Of a stretch of DNA of 64,000 nucleotides, positions 10,258 through 22,900 are shown one piece after another (position 1 is the first letter of the stretch; each line of letters begins with the position of its first letter). Position numbers and translations under genes: made by a program. Under the pieces are notes generated by a model. It did not search any database. It saw only the letters and a program-made list of their open reading frames with translations, and had not been told where the DNA came from. The stretch is from Balanoglossus misakiensis (Eukaryota; Animalia; Hemichordata): the NCBI GenBank assembly GCA_040954595.2, contig CM082584.2, forward strand, positions 1,350,281 to 1,414,280, in the 5' to 3' direction.

Positions 10258-11211
10258 TGTGGCTGAAGCCATGCAAAAACAAAGGAATTTAGTATTTTCA
10301 ATTATGAGGGATATGCACGAACAGTTTGTTGCCTAAAAACCTTACTCCATAAAAATAGTTCCCTTTTTGTTACGAGTTTCGATATTGTAGACTTTTAATT
10401 TTCACAGAGAAAGATGTTGTGACTTTATGTGTACCTTTGAAGGTCATTGTGAACACATCGACAAACCATATTTCGCCCAAAAGTTTTACAAGTAGTCCAT
10501 CTACGATTGTCATATCACTACACATTTTTTACCTCGTGTTTTCGACTTCGCTATGGGACGGTGAAGTACACCCTCGTCTCTCGTTTCGCACCCTTTGATA
10601 TTTCGTTCGTATTTCGAAACTTCCCGACCACATACAAGGCTTTACAAGTCGCCAGCGAGGTAATATATCTTTCGGTATTCTTACAGATATGAATTGTATT
10701 TCGTGAAACTTTATTGCAATTAGACTTTGACGAGTTGTCAGCATCTTGTACATCAGTCACGTACATCGAACTGTGTTGCTTGCACATATCTGTTTTCGAT
10801 TGAAATCATTCTCGATTTTCGTATATGTAATTCTTTCGATTTGACATTTTGTATTTGTATTTATGTTTCAGTTTTTACGGTTTACGGTTTACTCGGTCTA
10901 TACCATTCGGTCTTGGTCTATTCGAGACAAGGTCTATTACGGTCTAAGACTATTCGGTTTACTCGGTCTTTTCGTACCACGGTTTATTCGGTCTATTCGA
11001 ATCAGTCTCGGTCATTCTCGAGGTCTATTTGGCCTATTCGCATCGAGGTCTGCGCACATCTCGTCTTTCGAAGTCTTTCGACTATTGTGTACAGTCTCGT
11101 ACGGTCGCTTTCGGCGATCGCTCGATCGATTTATCGATAATAAACCGAAGACCCGTATATGGAAACTCGACTCTGACTTTTGAATATTACGGAAAAGCTT
11201 TGGCGGTCACA
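10258..11211 (+). repeat. 3' LTR
   Basis: Same length as the 5' LTR. Differences seen: 2403 T/10299 C, 2418 A/10314 T, 2844 T/10740 A. Confidence 0.96.
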
Positions 11212-11502
11212 GGGGGGCATATACGGATGGGACCATAATGATATACCAAAGGCGGGGTCACCTGTTGCACCTGCCTAAGTCATTGATTTTGTACATTTAA
11301 TTGGACACTAACCAACAGGGCGATAGGTGTGGTTTTTGTTCCACAGGGACGAATGTAAGTGTCAGTTGGTTTTTGCCCAAATGTATAAGGTGATTTTGAT
11401 GACCTCTGTCATACAGTGCCATATCTCATCCCGTTGTACAGGTGCAGCTTTGGTATTTGGAGGGATGAAATACCAAATACAGGGGGATACCTTTGACACC
11501 TG
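11212..11502. repeat. Degenerate ~230-250 bp tandem repeat, right part
   Basis: Co-linear similarity to 2105-2361. A third unit start, ggggatacctttgacacctg (11483-11502), is cut off by the satellite. Confidence 0.7.
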
Positions 11503-14500
11503 CCATGATTTTTTTCAAAAATCGATGAAATTTTGAGATTTTGCAAAGTCGAAAATTTGTCATTTTTTGATGATTTTCCCCCATGTTTTTTTTCAAAAAT
11601 CGACGAAATTTTGAGATTTTGCAGTCAAAAATTTGTCATTTTTTGATGATTTTCACCCATATTATTTTTCAAAAACCGACGAAATTTTGAGATTTTGCAA
11701 AGACGAAAATTTGTCATTTTTTGATGATTTTCACCCATGATTTTTTCATAAATTGACGAAATTTTGAAATTTTGCAAAGTCGAAAATTTGTCATTTTTTG
11801 ATGATTTTCACCCATGATTTTTGTCAAAAATCGACGAAATGTTGAGATTTTGCAAAGTCGAAAATTTGTCATTTTTTGATGATTTTCACCCATGATTTTT
11901 TTCAAAAATCGACGAAATGTTGAGATTTTGCAAAGTCGAAAATTTGTCATTTTTTGATGATTTTCACCCATGATTTTTTTCAAAAATCGACGAAATGTTG
12001 AGATTTTGCAGTCGAAAATTTGTCATTTTTGATGATTTTTACCCATGATTTTTTTTCAAAAATGGACGAAATTTTGAGCATTTGCAAAGTCGAAAATTTG
12101 TCATTTTTTGATGATTTTCACCCATGATTTTTTTCAAAAATCGACGAAATGTTGAGTTTTTGCAAAGTCGAAAATTTGTCATTTTTTGATGATTTTCACC
12201 CATGATTTTTTTCAAAAATCGACGAAATGTTGAGATTTTGCAGTCGAAAATTTGTCATTTTTGATGATTTTTACCCATGATTTTTTTTCAAAAATGGACG
12301 AAATTTTGAGCATTTGCAAAGTCGAAAATTTGTCATTTTTTGATGATTTTCACCTATGATTTTTTTCAAAAATCGACGAAATGTTGAGATTTTGCAAAGT
12401 CGAAAATTTGTCATTTTTTGATGATTTTCACCCATGATTTTTTTCAAAAATCGACGAAATGTTGAGATTTTGCAGTCGAAAATTTGTCATTTTTTAATGA
12501 TTTTCCCCCATGTTTTTTTTCAAAAATCGACGAAATTTTAAGATTTTGCAGTCAAAAATTTGTCATTTTTTGATGATTTTCACCTATGATTTTTTTCAAA
12601 AATCGACGAAATGTTGAGATTTTGCAAAGTCGAAAATTTGTCATTTTTTGATGATTTTCACCCATGATTTTTTTCAAAAATCGACGAAATGTTGAGATAT
12701 TACAGTCGTAAATTTGTCATTTTTTGATGATTTTTACCCATGATTTTTTTTCAAAAATGGACGAAATTCTGAGCTTTTGCAAAGTCGAAAATTTGTCATT
12801 TTTTGATTATTATCACCTATGATTTTTTTCAAAAATCGACGAAATGTTGAGATTTTGCAAAGTCGAAAATTTGTCATTTTTTGATGATTTTCACCCATGA
12901 TTTTTTCATAAATTGACGAAATTTTGAGATTTTGCAAAGTCGAAAATTTGTCATTTTTTGATGATTTTCACCCATGATTTTTTTCAAAAATCGACAAAAT
13001 GTTGAGATTTTGCAAAGTCGAAAATTTGTCATTTTTGATGATTTTTACCCATGATTTTTTTTCAAAAATGGACGAAATTTTGAGCATTTGCAAAGTCGAA
13101 AATTTGTCATTTTTTGATGATTTTTACCCATGATTTTTTTTCAAAAATGGACGAAATTTTGAGCTTTTGCAAAGTCGAAAATTTGTCATTTTTTGATTAT
13201 TATCACCTATGATTTTTTTCAAAAATCGACGAAATGTTGAGATTTTGCAAAGTCGAAAATTTGTCATTTTTTGATGATTTTCACCCATATTATTTTTCAA
13301 AAACCGACGAAATTTTGAGATTTTGCAAAGTCGAAAATTTGTCATTTTTTGATGATTTTCACCCATGATTTTTTTCAAAAATCGACGAAATGTTGAGATT
13401 TTGCAAAGTCGAAAATTTGTCATTTTTGATGATTTTTACCCATGATTTTTTTTCAAAAATGGACGAAATTTTGAGCATTTGCAAAGTCGAAAATTTGTCA
13501 TTTTTTGATGATTTTCACCTATGATTTTTTTCAAAAATCGACGAAATGTTGAGATTTTGCAAAGTCGAAAATTGTCATTTTTTGATGATTTTCACCCATG
13601 ATTTTTTTCAAAAATCGACGAAATGTTGAGATTTTGCAGTCGAAAATTTGTCATTTTTTAATGATTTACCCCCATGTTTTTTTTCAAAAATCGACGAAAT
13701 TTTAAGATTTTGCAGTCAAAAATTTGTCATTTTTTGATGATTTTCACCTATGATTTTTTTCAAAAATCGACGAAATGTTGAGATTTTGCAAAGTCGAAAA
13801 TTTGTCATTTTTTGATGATTTTCACCCATGATTTTTTTCAAAAATCGACGAAATGTTGAGATATTACAGTCGTAAATTTGTCATTTTTTGATGATTTTTA
13901 CCCATGATTTTTTTTCAAAAATGGACGAAATTTTGAGCTTTTGCAAACTCGAAAATTTGTCATTTTTTGATTATTATCACCTATGATTTTTTTCAAAAAT
14001 CGACGAAATGTTGAGATTTTGCAAAGTCGAAAATTTGTCATTTTTTGATGATTTTCACCCATATTATTTTTCAAAAACCGACGAAATTTTGAGATTTTGC
14101 AAAGACGAAAATTTGTCATTTTTTGATGATTTTCACCCATGATTTTTTCATAAATTGACGAAATTTTGAGATTTTGCAAAGTCGAAAATTTGTCATTTTT
14201 TGATGATTTTCACCCATGATTTTTTTCAAAAATCGACGAAATGTTGAGATTTTGCAAAGTCGAAAATTTGTCATTGTTTGATGATTTTCACCCATGATTT
14301 TTTTCAAAAATCGACGAAATGTTGAGATTTTGCAAAGTCGAAAATTTGTCATTTTTTGATGATTTTCACCCATGATTTTTTTCAAAAATCGACGAAATGT
14401 TGAGATTTTGCAGTCGAAAATTTGTCATTTTTTGATGATTTTCAACCATATTATTTTTCAAAAACCGACGAAATTTTGAGATTTTGCATAGACGAAAATT

Positions 14501-17500
14501 TGTAATTTTTTGATGATTTTCACCCATGATTTTTTGAAAAATTGACGAAATTTTGAGATTTTGCAAAGTCGAAAATTTGTCATTTTTTGATGATTTTCAC
14601 CCAAGATTTTTTTCAAAAATCGACGAAATGTTGAGATTTTGCAAAGTCGAAAATTTGTAATTTTTTGATGATTTTCACCCATGATTTTTTTCAAAAATCG
14701 ACGAAATTGTGAGATTTTGCAAAGTCGAAAATTTGTCATTTTTTGATGATTTTCCCCCATGTTTTTTTTTAAAATGGACGAAATTGTGAGATTTTGCAAA
14801 GTCAAAAATTTGTCATTTTTTGATGATTTTCACCCATGTTTTTTTTTAAAAAATCGACGAACCTATGATATTTTTAAAAATCGACGAAATTTTGAGATTT
14901 TGCAAAGTCGAAAATTTGTCATTTTTTGATGATTTTCACCAATGTTGTTTTTAAAAAATCGACGAACCCATGATTTTTTTCAAAATCGACGAAATTTTGA
15001 GATTTTGCAAAGTCCAAAATTTGTCATTTTTTGATGATTTTCAACCATTATTTTTTTTCAAAAATCGACGAAATTTTGAGATTTTGCAAAGTCGAAAATT
15101 TGTCATTTTTTGATGATTTTCACCCATGATTTTTTTCAAAAATCGACGAAATTTTGAGATTTCGCAAAGTCGAAAATTTGTCATTTTTTGATGATTTTCA
15201 CCCATGATTTTTTTCGAAAATCGACGAAATGTTGAGTTTTTGCAAAGTCGAAAATTTGTCATTTTTTGATGATTTTCATCCATGATTTTTTTTTAAAAAT
15301 CGACGAAATTTTGAGATTTTGCAAAGTCGAAAATTTGTCATTTTTTGATGATTTTCACCAATGTTGTTTTTAAAAAATCGACGAACCCATGATTTTTTTC
15401 AAAATCGACGAAATTTTGAGATTTTGCAAAGTCGAAAATTTGTAATTTTTTGATAATTTTCACCTATGATTTTTTTCTAAAAAAGACAAAATTTTGAGAT
15501 TTTGCAAAGTCGAAAATTTGTCATTTTTTGATGATTTTCACCAATGTTGTTTTTAAAAAATCGACGAACCCATGATTTTTTTCAAAAAAAGACAAAATTT
15601 TGAGATTTTGCAAAGTCGAAAATTTGTCATTTTTTGATGATTTTCACCAATGTTGTTTTTAAAAAATCGACGAACCCATGATTTTTTTCAAAATCGACGA
15701 AATTTTGAGATTTTGCAAAGTCGAAAATTTTGTCAATTTTGATGATTTTCACCCATGATTTTTTCAAAAATTGACGAAATTTTGAGATTTTGCAAAGTCG
15801 AAAATTTGTCATTTTTTGATGATTTTCACCCATGATTTTTTTTAAAAAATCGACGAAATTTTGAGATTTTGCAAAGTCGAAAATCTGTCATTTTTTGATG
15901 ATTTTCACCTATGTTTTTTTTAAAAAAATCGACGAACCTATAATTTTTTTCAAAATCGACGAAATTGTGTGATTTTGCAAACTCGAAAATGTTGTCATTT
16001 TTTGATGATTTTCAACCATGATTTTTTTTCAAAAATCGACGAAATTTTGAGATTTTGCAAAGTTGAAAATTTTGTCATTTTTTGATGATTTTCACCCATG
16101 ATTTTTTCAAAAATTGATGAAATTTTGAGATTTTGCAAAGTCGAAAATTTGTCATTTTTTGATGATTTTCACCCATGATTTTTTTTCAAAAATGGACGAA
16201 ATTTTGAGCTTTTGCAAAGTCGAAAATTTGTCATTTTTTGATGATTTTCACCTATGATTTTTTTCAAAAATCGACGAAATGTTGAGATTTTGCAAAGTCG
16301 AAAATTTGTCATTTTTTGATGATTTTCACCCATGATTTTTTTCAAAAATCGACGAAATTTTGAGATTTTGCAAAGTCGAAAATCTGTCATTTTTTGATGA
16401 TTTTCAACCATTATTTTTTTTCAAAAATCGACGAAATTTTGAGATTTTGCAAAGTCGAAAATTTGTCATTTTTTGATAATTTTCACCTATGATTTTTTTC
16501 AAAAAAAAGACAAAATTTTGAGATTTTGCGAAGTCGAAAATTTTGTCATTTTTTGATGATTTTCACCCATGATTTTTTCAAAAATTGACGAAATTGTGAG
16601 ATTTTGCAAAGTCGAAAATTTGTCATTTTTTGATGATTTTCCCCCAATGGTTTTTTGCAAAATCGACGAAATTTTGAGATTTTGCAAAGTCGAAAATTTT
16701 GTCATTTTTTGATGATTTTCACCCATGATTTTTTCAAAAATTGACGAAATTTTGAGATTTTGCAAAGTCGAAAATTTGTCATTTTTTGATGATTTTCACC
16801 CATGATTTTTTTCAAAAATCGACGAAATGTTGAGATTTTGCAAAGTCGAAAATTTGTCATTTTTTGATGATTTTCACCCATGATTTTTTTCAAAATCGAC
16901 GAAATGTTGAGATTTTGCAAAGTCGAAAATTTGTCATTTTTTGATGATTTTCTCCCATGATTTTTTTCAAAAATCGACGAAATTGTGAGATTTTGCAAAG
17001 TCGAAAATTTGTCATTTTTTGATGATTTTCACCCATGTTTTTTTTTTAAAAATCGACGAACCTATGATTTTTTTCAAAATCGACGAAATTTTGTGATTTT
17101 GCAAAGTCGAAAATTTGTCATTTTTTGATGATTTTCCCCCAATGGTTTTTTTCAAAATCGACGAACTTTTGGGATTTTGCAAAGTCGAAAATTTGTCATT
17201 TTTTGATGATTTTCACCCATGATTTTTTTCAAAAATCGACGAAATTGTGAGATTTTGCAAAATCGACGAAATTTTGAGATTTTGCAAAGTCGAAAATTTT
17301 GTCATTTTTTGATGATTTTCACCCATGATTTTTTCAAAAATTGACGAAATTTTGAGATTTTGCAAAGTCGAAAATTTGTCATTTTTTGATGATTTTCACC
17401 CATGATTTTTTTCAAAAATCGACGAAATGTTGAGATTTTGCAAAGTCGAAAATTTGTCATTTTTTGATGATTTTCACCCATGATTTTTTTCAAAATCGAC

Positions 17501-19929
17501 GAAATGTTGAGATTTTGCAAAGTCGAAAATTTGTCATTTTTTGATGATTTTCTCCCATGATTTTTTTCAAAAATCGACGAAATTGTGAGATTTTGCAAAG
17601 TCGAAAATTTGTCATTTTTTGATGATTTTCACCCATGTTTTTTTTTTTAAAAATCGACGAACCTATGATTTTTTTCAAAATCGACGAAATTTTGTGATTT
17701 TACAAAGTCGAAAATTTTGTCATTTTTTGATGATTTTCACCCATGATTTTTTTTCAAAAATCGACGAAATTTTGAGATTTTGCATAGACGAAAATTTGTC
17801 ATTTTTTATGATTTTCACCCATGATTTTTTCAAAAATTGACGAAATTTTGAGATTTGCAAAGTCGAAAATTTGTCATTTTTTGATGATTTTCACCCATGA
17901 TTTTTTTCAAAAATCGACGAAATGTTGAGATTTTGCAAAGTCGAAAATTTGTAATTTTTTGATGATTTTCACCCATGATTTTTTTCTAAAATCGACGAAA
18001 TTGTGAGATTTTGCAAAGTCGATAATTTGTCATTTTTTGATGATTTTCCCCCAATGGTTTTTTTCAAAATCGACGAAATTTTGAGATTTTGCAAAGTCGA
18101 AAATTTGTCATTTTTTGATGATTTTCCCCCATGTTTTTTTTTTTAAAATGGACGAAATTTTGAGATTTTGCAAAGTCGAAAATTTGTCATTTTTTGATGA
18201 TTTTCACCCATGATTTTTTTCAAAAATCGACGAAATGTTGAGATTTTGCAAAGTCGAAAATTTGTCATTTTTTGATGATTTTCACCTATGATTTTTTTCA
18301 AAAATCGACGAAATGTTGAGATTTTGCAAAGTCGAAAATTTGTCATTTTTTGATGATTTTCACCCATGATTTTTTTCAAAAATCGACGAAATGTTGAGAT
18401 ATTACAGTCGTAAATTTGTCATTTTTTGATGATTTTTACCCATGATTTTTTTTCAAAAATGGACGAAATTTTGAGCTTTTGCAAACTCGAAAATTTGTCA
18501 TTTTTTGATTATTATCACCTATGATTTTTTTCAAAAATCGACGAAATGTTGAGATTTTGCAAAGTCGAAAATTTGTCATTTTTTGATGATTTTCACCCAT
18601 ATTATTTTTCAAAAACCGACGAAATTTTGAGATTTTGCAAAGACGAAAATTTGTCATTTTTTGATGATTTTCACCCATGATTTTTTCATAAATTGACGAA
18701 ATTTTGAGATTTTGCAAAGTCGAAAATTTGTCATTTTTTGATGATTTTCACCCATGATTTTTTTCAAAAATCGACGAAATGTTGAGATTTTGCAAAGTCG
18801 AAAATTTGTCATTGTTTGATGATTTTCACCCATGATTTTTTTCAAAAATCGACGAAATGTTGAGATTTTGCAAAGTCGAAAATTTGTCATTTTTTGATGA
18901 TTTTCACCCATGATTTTTTTCAAAAATCGACGAAATGTTGAGATTTTGCAGTCGAAAATTTGTCATTTTTTGATGATTTTCAACCATATTATTTTTCAAA
19001 AACCGACGAAATTTTGAGATTTTGCATAGACGAAAATTTGTAATTTTTTGATGATTTTCACCCATGATTTTTTGAAAAATTGACGAAATTTTGAGATTTT
19101 GCAAAGTCGAAAATTTGTCATTTTTTGATGATTTTCACCCAAGATTTTTTTCAAAAATCGACGAAATGTTGAGATTTTGCAAAGTCGAAAATTTGTAATT
19201 TTTTGATGATTTTCACCCATGATTTTTTTCAAAAATCGACGAAATTGTGAGATTTTGCAAAGTCGAAAATTTGTCATTTTTTGATGATTTTCCCCCATGT
19301 TTTTTTTTAAAATGGACGAAATTGTGAGATTTTGCAAAGTCAAAAATTTGTCATTTTTTGATGATTTTCACCCATGTTTTTTTTTAAAAAATCGACGAAC
19401 CTATGATATTTTTCAAAATCGACGAAATTTTGAGATTTTGCAAAGTCGAAAATTTGTCATTTTTTGATGATTTTCACCCATGATTTTTTTCAAAAATCGA
19501 CGAAATGTTGAGATTTTGCAAAGTCGAAAATTTGTAATTTTTTGATGATTTTCACCCATGATTTTTTTCTAAAATCGACGAAATTGTGAGATTTTGCAAA
19601 GTCGATAATTTGTCATTTTTTGATGATTTTCCCCCAATGGTTTTTTTCAAAATCGACGAAATTTTGAGATTTTGCAAAGTCGAAAATTTGTCATTTTTTG
19701 ATGATTTTCCCCCATGTTTTTTTTTTTAAAATGGACGAAATTTTGAGATTTTGCAAAGTCGAAAATTTGTCATTTTTTGATGATTTTCACCTATAATTTT
19801 TTTCAAAAATCGACGAAATTGTGAGATTTTGCAAAGTCAAAAATTTGTCATTTTTTGATGATTTTCACCCATGTTTTTTTTTTAAAAATCGACGAACCTA
19901 TGATTTTTTTCAAAATCGACGAAATTTTG

Positions 19930-22900
19930 AGATTTTGCAAAGTCGAAAATTTTGTCATTTTTTGATGATTTTCACCCATGATTTTTTCAAAAATTGACGA
20001 AATTTTGAGATTTTGCAAAGTCGAAAATTTGTCATTTTTTGATGATTTTCACCCATGATTTTTTTCAAAAATCGACGAAATGTTGAGATTTTGCAAAGTC
20101 GAAAATTTGTCATTTTTTGATGATTTTCACCTATGATTTTTTTCAAAAATCGACGAAATGTTGAGATTTTGCAAAGTCGAAAATTTGTCATTTTTTGATG
20201 ATTTTCACCCATGATTTTTTTCAAAAATCGACGAAATGTTGAGATATTACAGTCGTAAATTTGTCATTTTTTGATGATTTTTACCCATGATTTTTTTTCA
20301 AAAATGGACGAAATTTTGAGCTTTTGCAAACTCGAAAATTTGTCATTTTTTGATTATTATCACCTATGATTTTTTTCAAAAATCGACGAAATGTTGAGAT
20401 TTTGCAAAGTCGAAAATTTGTCATTTTTTGATGATTTTCACCCATATTATTTTTCAAAAACCGACGAAATTTTGAGATTTTGCAAAGACGAAAATTTGTC
20501 ATTTTTTGATGATTTTCACCCATGATTTTTTCATAAATTGACGAAATTTTGAGATTTTGCAAAGTCGAAAATTTGTCATTTTTTGATGATTTTCACCCAT
20601 GATTTTTTTCAAAAATCGACGAAATGTTGAGATTTTGCAAAGTCGAAAATTTGTCATTGTTTGATGATTTTCACCCATGATTTTTTTCAAAAATCGACGA
20701 AATGTTGAGATTTTGCAAAGTCGAAAATTTGTCATTTTTTGATGATTTTCACCCATGATTTTTTTCAAAAATCGACGAAATGTTGAGATTTTGCAGTCGA
20801 AAATTTGTCATTTTTTGATGATTTTCAACCATATTATTTTTCAAAAACCGACGAAATTTTGAGATTTTGCATAGACGAAAATTTGTAATTTTTTGATGAT
20901 TTTCACCCATGATTTTTTGAAAAATTGACGAAATTTTGAGATTTTGCAAAGTCGAAAATTTGTCATTTTTTGATGATTTTCACCCAAGATTTTTTTCAAA
21001 AATCGACGAAATGTTGAGATTTTGCAAAGTCGAAAATTTGTAATTTTTTGATGATTTTCACCCATGATTTTTTTCAAAAATCGACGAAATTGTGAGATTT
21101 TGCAAAGTCGAAAATTTGTCATTTTTTGATGATTTTCCCCCATGTTTTTTTTTAAAATGGACGAAATTGTGAGATTTTGCAAAGTCAAAAATTTGTCATT
21201 TTTTGATGATTTTCACCCATGTTTTTTTTTAAAAAATCGACGAACCTATGATATTTTTCAAAATCGACGAAATTTTGAGATTTTGCAAAGTCGAAAATTT
21301 TGTCATTTTTTGATGATTTTCACCCATGATTTTTTCAAAAATTGACGAAATTGTGAGATTTTGCAAAGTCGAAAATTTGTCATTTTTTGATGATTTTCCC
21401 CCAATGGTTTTTTGCAAAATCGACGAAATTTTGAGATTTTGCAAAGTCGAAAATTTTGTCATTTTTTGATGATTTTCACCCATGATTTTTTCAAAAATTG
21501 ACGAAATTTTGAGATTTTGCAAAGTCGAAAATTTGTCATTTTTTGATGATTTTCACCCATGATTTTTTTCAAAAATAGACGAAATGTTGAGATTTTGCAA
21601 AGTCGAAAATTTGTCATTTTTTGATGATTTTCACCCATGATTTTTTTCAAAATCGACGAAATGTTGAGATTTTGCAAAGTCGAAAATTTGTCATTTTTTG
21701 ATGATTTTCTCCCATGATTTTTTTCAAAAATCGACGAAATTGTGAGATTTTGCAAAGTCGAAAATTTGTCATTTTTTGATGATTTTCACCCATGTTTTTT
21801 TTTTAAAAATCGACGAACCTATGATTTTTTTCAAAATCGACGAAATTTTGTGATTTTGCAAAGTCGAAAATTTGTCATTTTTTGATGATTTTCCCCCAAT
21901 GGTTTTTTTCAAAATCGACGAACTTTTGGGATTTTGCAAAGTCGAAAATTTGTCATTTTTTGATGATTTTCACCCATGATTTTTTTCAAAAATCGACGAA
22001 ATTGTGAGATTTTGCAAAATCGACGAAATTTTGAGATTTTGCAAAGTCGAAAATTTTGTCATTTTTTGATGATTTTCACCCATGATTTTTTCAAAAATTG
22101 ACGAAATTTTGAGATTTTGCAAAGTCGAAAATTTGTCATTTTTTGATGATTTTCACCCATGATTTTTTTCAAAAATCGACGAAATGTTGAGATTTTGCAA
22201 AGTCTAAAATTTGTCATTTTTTGATGATTTTCACCCATGATTTTTTTCAAAATCGACGAAATGTTGAGATTTTGCAAAGTCGAAAATTTGTCATTTTTTG
22301 ATGATTTTCTCCCATGATTTTTTTCAAAAATCGACGAAATTGTGAGATTTTGCAAAGTCGAAAATTTGTCATTTTTTGATGATTTTCACCCATGTTTTTT
22401 TTTTTAAAAATCGACGAACCTATGATTTTTTTCAAAATTGACGAAATTGTGAGATTTTGCAAAGTCGAAAATTTGTCATTTTTTGATGATTTTCCCCCAA
22501 TGGTTTTTTGCAAAATCGACGAAATTTTGAGATTTTGCAAAGTCGAAAATTTTGTCATTTTTTGATGATTTTCACCCATGATTTTTTCAAAAATTGACGA
22601 AATTTTGAGATTTTGCAAAGTCGAAAATTTGTCATTTTTTGATGATTTTCACCCATGATTTTTTTCAAAAATCGACGAAATGTTGAGATTTTGCAAAGTC
22701 GAAAATTTGTCATTTTTTGATGATTTTCACCTATGATTTTTTTCAAAAATCGACGAAATGTTGAGATTTTGCAAAGTCGAAAATTTGTCATTTTTTGATG
22801 ATTTTCACCCATGATTTTTTTCAAAAATCGACGAAATGTTGAGATATTACAGTCGTAAATTTGTCATTTTTTGATGATTTTTACCCATGATTTTTTTTCA

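Larger units (their letters stand above)
2362..11211 (+). mobile_element. Full-length BEL/Pao LTR retrotransposon (8850 bp)
   Basis: Two direct 954-bp LTRs (TGTG...CACA) offset by 7896 bp, with G-runs on both flanks. Domain order is gag (3 Zn knuckles)-PR-RT-RNaseH-IN, with BEL/Pao signatures KIRVVFDCSA, SLNDHLLQGP, YVDD, DPLG, HFSDAS, VPRLELQAA, NPADHASR and GGVWER. Confidence 0.97.
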
